Shown here: piece by piece, positions 61,035 through 64,000 of the stretch
Position numbering within the stretch: position 1 is the first letter of the stretch
How the letters are laid out: each line of letters opens with the position of its first letter
Source of the DNA: Pristiophorus japonicus
Taxonomy: Eukaryota
Direction of reading: 5' to 3'
NCBI RefSeq assembly: GCF_044704955.1
Contig: NC_091997.1
Coordinates: 3,348,001-3,412,000, forward strand
Length of the DNA: 64,000 nucleotides
Program-made: the position numbers and the translations under genes
The notes under the pieces: generated by a model
What the model saw: the letters and a program-made list of their open reading frames with translations, nothing else
Database searches by the model: none
Told to the model about the DNA's origin: nothing

Positions 61035-61870
61035 AGTCACTGGGGGACCGGGATAGTTCACAGGCAGCAACATTTTGGATGAGCTGGATTTTACGAAGGG
61101 CACAGAATGGGAAGCCAGCCAGGAGAGCATTGGAATCGTCAATACGGAAGGCGGAATCCCGACTGGAGGGATTGAGAAATGGAGCTGCAGGAGAGATGGG
61201 CACAGATTGGGAGGCAACAACGTGTTCAAAGGAATGGTAAACCAAATTGACAGCTGCAGAAGAATCGTGGCAAATGGAGAGCCAAAGGTTAGGCAGTTGC
61301 GATTTTTAAAGTGCAGTTGTAAGTGACTTGGGGTAAAGGTTTTTCCAGGACTGGTCACAGAAGGAAGTCAGATAAAGTCAGTGAGTGATACAAGGAAGTG
61401 GTTGGCGATGGAATTGCCAGTGATCAGGAACATTGGAGTAAAAAAGCCACTGGATGTGGATATGTAGTAAGCCAGGAGAGTAATGTTGGTTGGGTTTGGG
61501 GATGGTGGCGAGGTGCCCTGTATACTCTGTGGTCATGTTGGTTGGGGTCGATGCCTCTTATGGCCAGTGGGTGGCTTGCTGCACTGAAGGAGTAGTTTGT
61601 GTTGAGTAGTTCTCCAACAAGAAGAACAACAACTTGAATTTATATAGCGCCTTTAATGTTGCAAAATGCCCCAAGATGCTTTTCAGGTGCGTTATAAAAT
61701 TTGACACCGACCCACTTAGAGATATTAGTACAGGTTTGTTAGGAGAGAGAGGTAGGGAGTTGGATATGTTTAGGGAGGGAATTCCAGAAATTAGGGTTAA
61801 GGCAACTGAAGGCACGGTTGTCAATGGTGGGGGCGATGGAAATTGTGGATGTGCAAGAGGCCAGAATTGG
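61035..61870 (-). mobile_element. Old L2-like fragments (61035-61142 coding; 61625-61870 3' end)
   Basis: IDDSNALLAGFPFCALRKIQLIQNVAA resembles an L2 ORF2 C-terminus. Tail AAAGGCGCTATATAAATTCAAGTTGTTG. Confidence 0.65.
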
Positions 61871-63075
61871 AGCAGGCCGCAAACAGCCTGGTATTTTCCC
61901 AATTTCAAGTGGACGTCAAACATCACTCATTGCACTTCACCCACTGGGGCGGTGCATCTTCTTGTAGTAGTGAGAGTTGTCCTTGCTTGCTTCCTGTGGG
62001 GGCACCCTTTCTCTCCTGTGGCCATTTCCAGAAAGCACTGATTTGGGTCTTCAGGGATCATGAGACCAATCATGTTCCTTGTGATCTACCGGCCTGATGT
62101 CCTGAATGGCTGCAGCTCGGGACATGACCCTAATATGTGGAGGAGGGCAAAGGTCATGCAGCCAGACTCTAAACACCACCACCTGCAGAAAAATAAGTGA
62201 AAGCCAATTCAAGATTCACACATACTGCAACCCACACATGCTGCATACTTCCAAAGAACTGGAGTTAATTACAGCCCAGTACACAGGCCCCAGGATTGTC
62301 CCAGCCTAATTTCTAGTCATAGAGGCAGTATTCTATAAACAGAAGGCCGTTCAGCGGTATAGAATATCTGTCCAGCTCCCCTGATGAAACTTTTAAGTCA
62401 CTTGAGAGCAATTATGCAATGCATTCTTTCCCCGAAGCATGCGAACATTCATTGCAAAACTATTAGTAAACATAGTTGGCAATACAGGCACGACACTCGT
62501 AAGGCCAATAAATTACAGTGTGCAAAGATTAGAGTATAGGCACTTATGAAGCTTTAGCCCCGGGACTGCTTAATCCTTACATCTATGTAATAAGAGACTA
62601 ATTAGTGGAACATAGTTGGTGATCAGCCAATAGTGTGGAAGAAAAATAAGTATTCACAAATCGCTCACTTTTTCTTGGAAATTGAAAAGAGCCTCTTTTC
62701 TTCACCTGCTGACCCACATTATGTTTACAATCCTTCCAACCTTTCATTAACTCTAGAGTAGATAAGGCCAGCTCACATTCTATTGGTGATGTGCAGAAGC
62801 AGGAGGGAAAGGAGATTGAACCTTAGCCTAAGTAAGACGAGATTCACATGCACATATTTGCATGTTTCTGTTTATTTTTCAATGAGAAGAAAATATTGAC
62901 CACACTTCCCACTCTCTAAAAGTAGATGTGCGTTTTTTGTGTCAAGCATATTACTTTAATTGAAAAACACAATTTTCAGTATCTAAAAGGATAATCAGGA
63001 TGGTATCTTGATTTTGTGATGTATTTTGAAATCTTCGTAGGCAACAAAAACTCCTCATTATATTCAGGTCTACCA

Positions 63076-63275
63076 ACAATAACTTGCATTTATATAGCGC
63101 CTTTACTTTAGTAAGACGTCCCAAGGTGCTGCACAGGAACGTTATCAAATAAAATTTGACACTGAGCCACATAAGGAAATATTAGGACCGGTGAACAAGT
63201 AGGTTTTAAGGCGTGTCTTAAAGGAGGAGATAGGGGTAGAGAGGCGGAGAGGTTGAGAGAGTGAATTCCAGAGTT
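63076..63275 (-). mobile_element. L2-like 3' end
   Basis: AACTTGCATTTATATAGCGCCTTT...AAATTTGACACTGAGCCAC...GAATTCCAGAG, homologous to 61625-61870. Confidence 0.7.
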
Positions 63276-64000
63276 TATAGTCTATCCTTAAATTACTCAT
63301 TGCACACAGCTTGGGATTGTCACTGCAGCATTACAATTATTTGCTCCATTTTTAGTCTTGTATCGAACTTTGGTTCAGTTCCCCGGAACATTCCCTGGTC
63401 ATGAGGCAGGTAGGCGATCAGCTTCGAAGCACTACTCAGCCACTAAAAGGAATGCAAGAGTGTCCCAGGACGACTTATTTTCTGATTTCTTGTATCCTTT
63501 GTGGGCTGCCTGACAATCTCTCAATGCCTTTTAGCTCTGCACCCAACAGAATCGAACCAGCCACATGTTGCGTTGCACTTACATACCCACGTCCTGTCAG
63601 TTTACTGTCACCTTCACGTTGTATAAACACTCTATGGATGATAGGCTCAAACTATTTGAATATTGGACCCTTTGAGTAGAAGCACTAAGACAGAGACTCC
63701 TTGATAATACATTTATAGAAAGGATATGGTCCGAAAAACAAAAACAAACGTGGAAGTATCTGTGAATCTTCAGTCATCTGATTTAATGGCTCAATTCAAT
63801 AGAACATATATGGAATAGGATGGCACCATTCTGCCCATCTAAAGATCATGTGCAATTTTTCCTGCCATGGACTCAAAGCAATCTCCAGAGGGAACCAATC
63901 ACAGGTAAACCTACAGAATATAAAGCTCTGAAATCCTCTCCAACTCCCTGGGGTACTCAAGTAACACTCCAGAATATTACGCTAACCATCTAAAGTATCC

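Overview
Eukaryotic, repeat-dominated window, most likely intronic or intergenic DNA from a cartilaginous fish (shark or ray). That assignment is inferred from CR1 LINEs with HER1-type (TTCTTATG/TTTCTATG)n tails and SacSINE1-like DeuSINEs. No host protein-coding gene could be supported. Contents: many CR1 copies, including one full-length esterase-ORF1 + EN-RT element nested in a two-LTR Ty3/Gypsy element; a second, internally deleted Gypsy; an isolated LTR; an RTE LINE and two RTE-derived non-autonomous elements; L2/CR1-group and Tx1 fragments; Penelope-like inverted pLTR fragments with hammerhead cores; DeuSINEs; and several PIF/Harbinger-type TIR elements. Most notable: (i) two distinct Harbinger elements that carry only a spliced Myb/SANT gene and no transposase, one of them open across a GC-AG intron; (ii) a near-identical CR1 ORF1 module joined to two divergent ORF2 lineages at a sharp breakpoint; (iii) an RTE insertion flanked by a ~190-bp duplication; (iv) a Gypsy derivative lacking the RT catalytic core and carrying an in-frame 24-bp repeat array. 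All calls were made by eye, without database searches, and novelty is not established for any of them.
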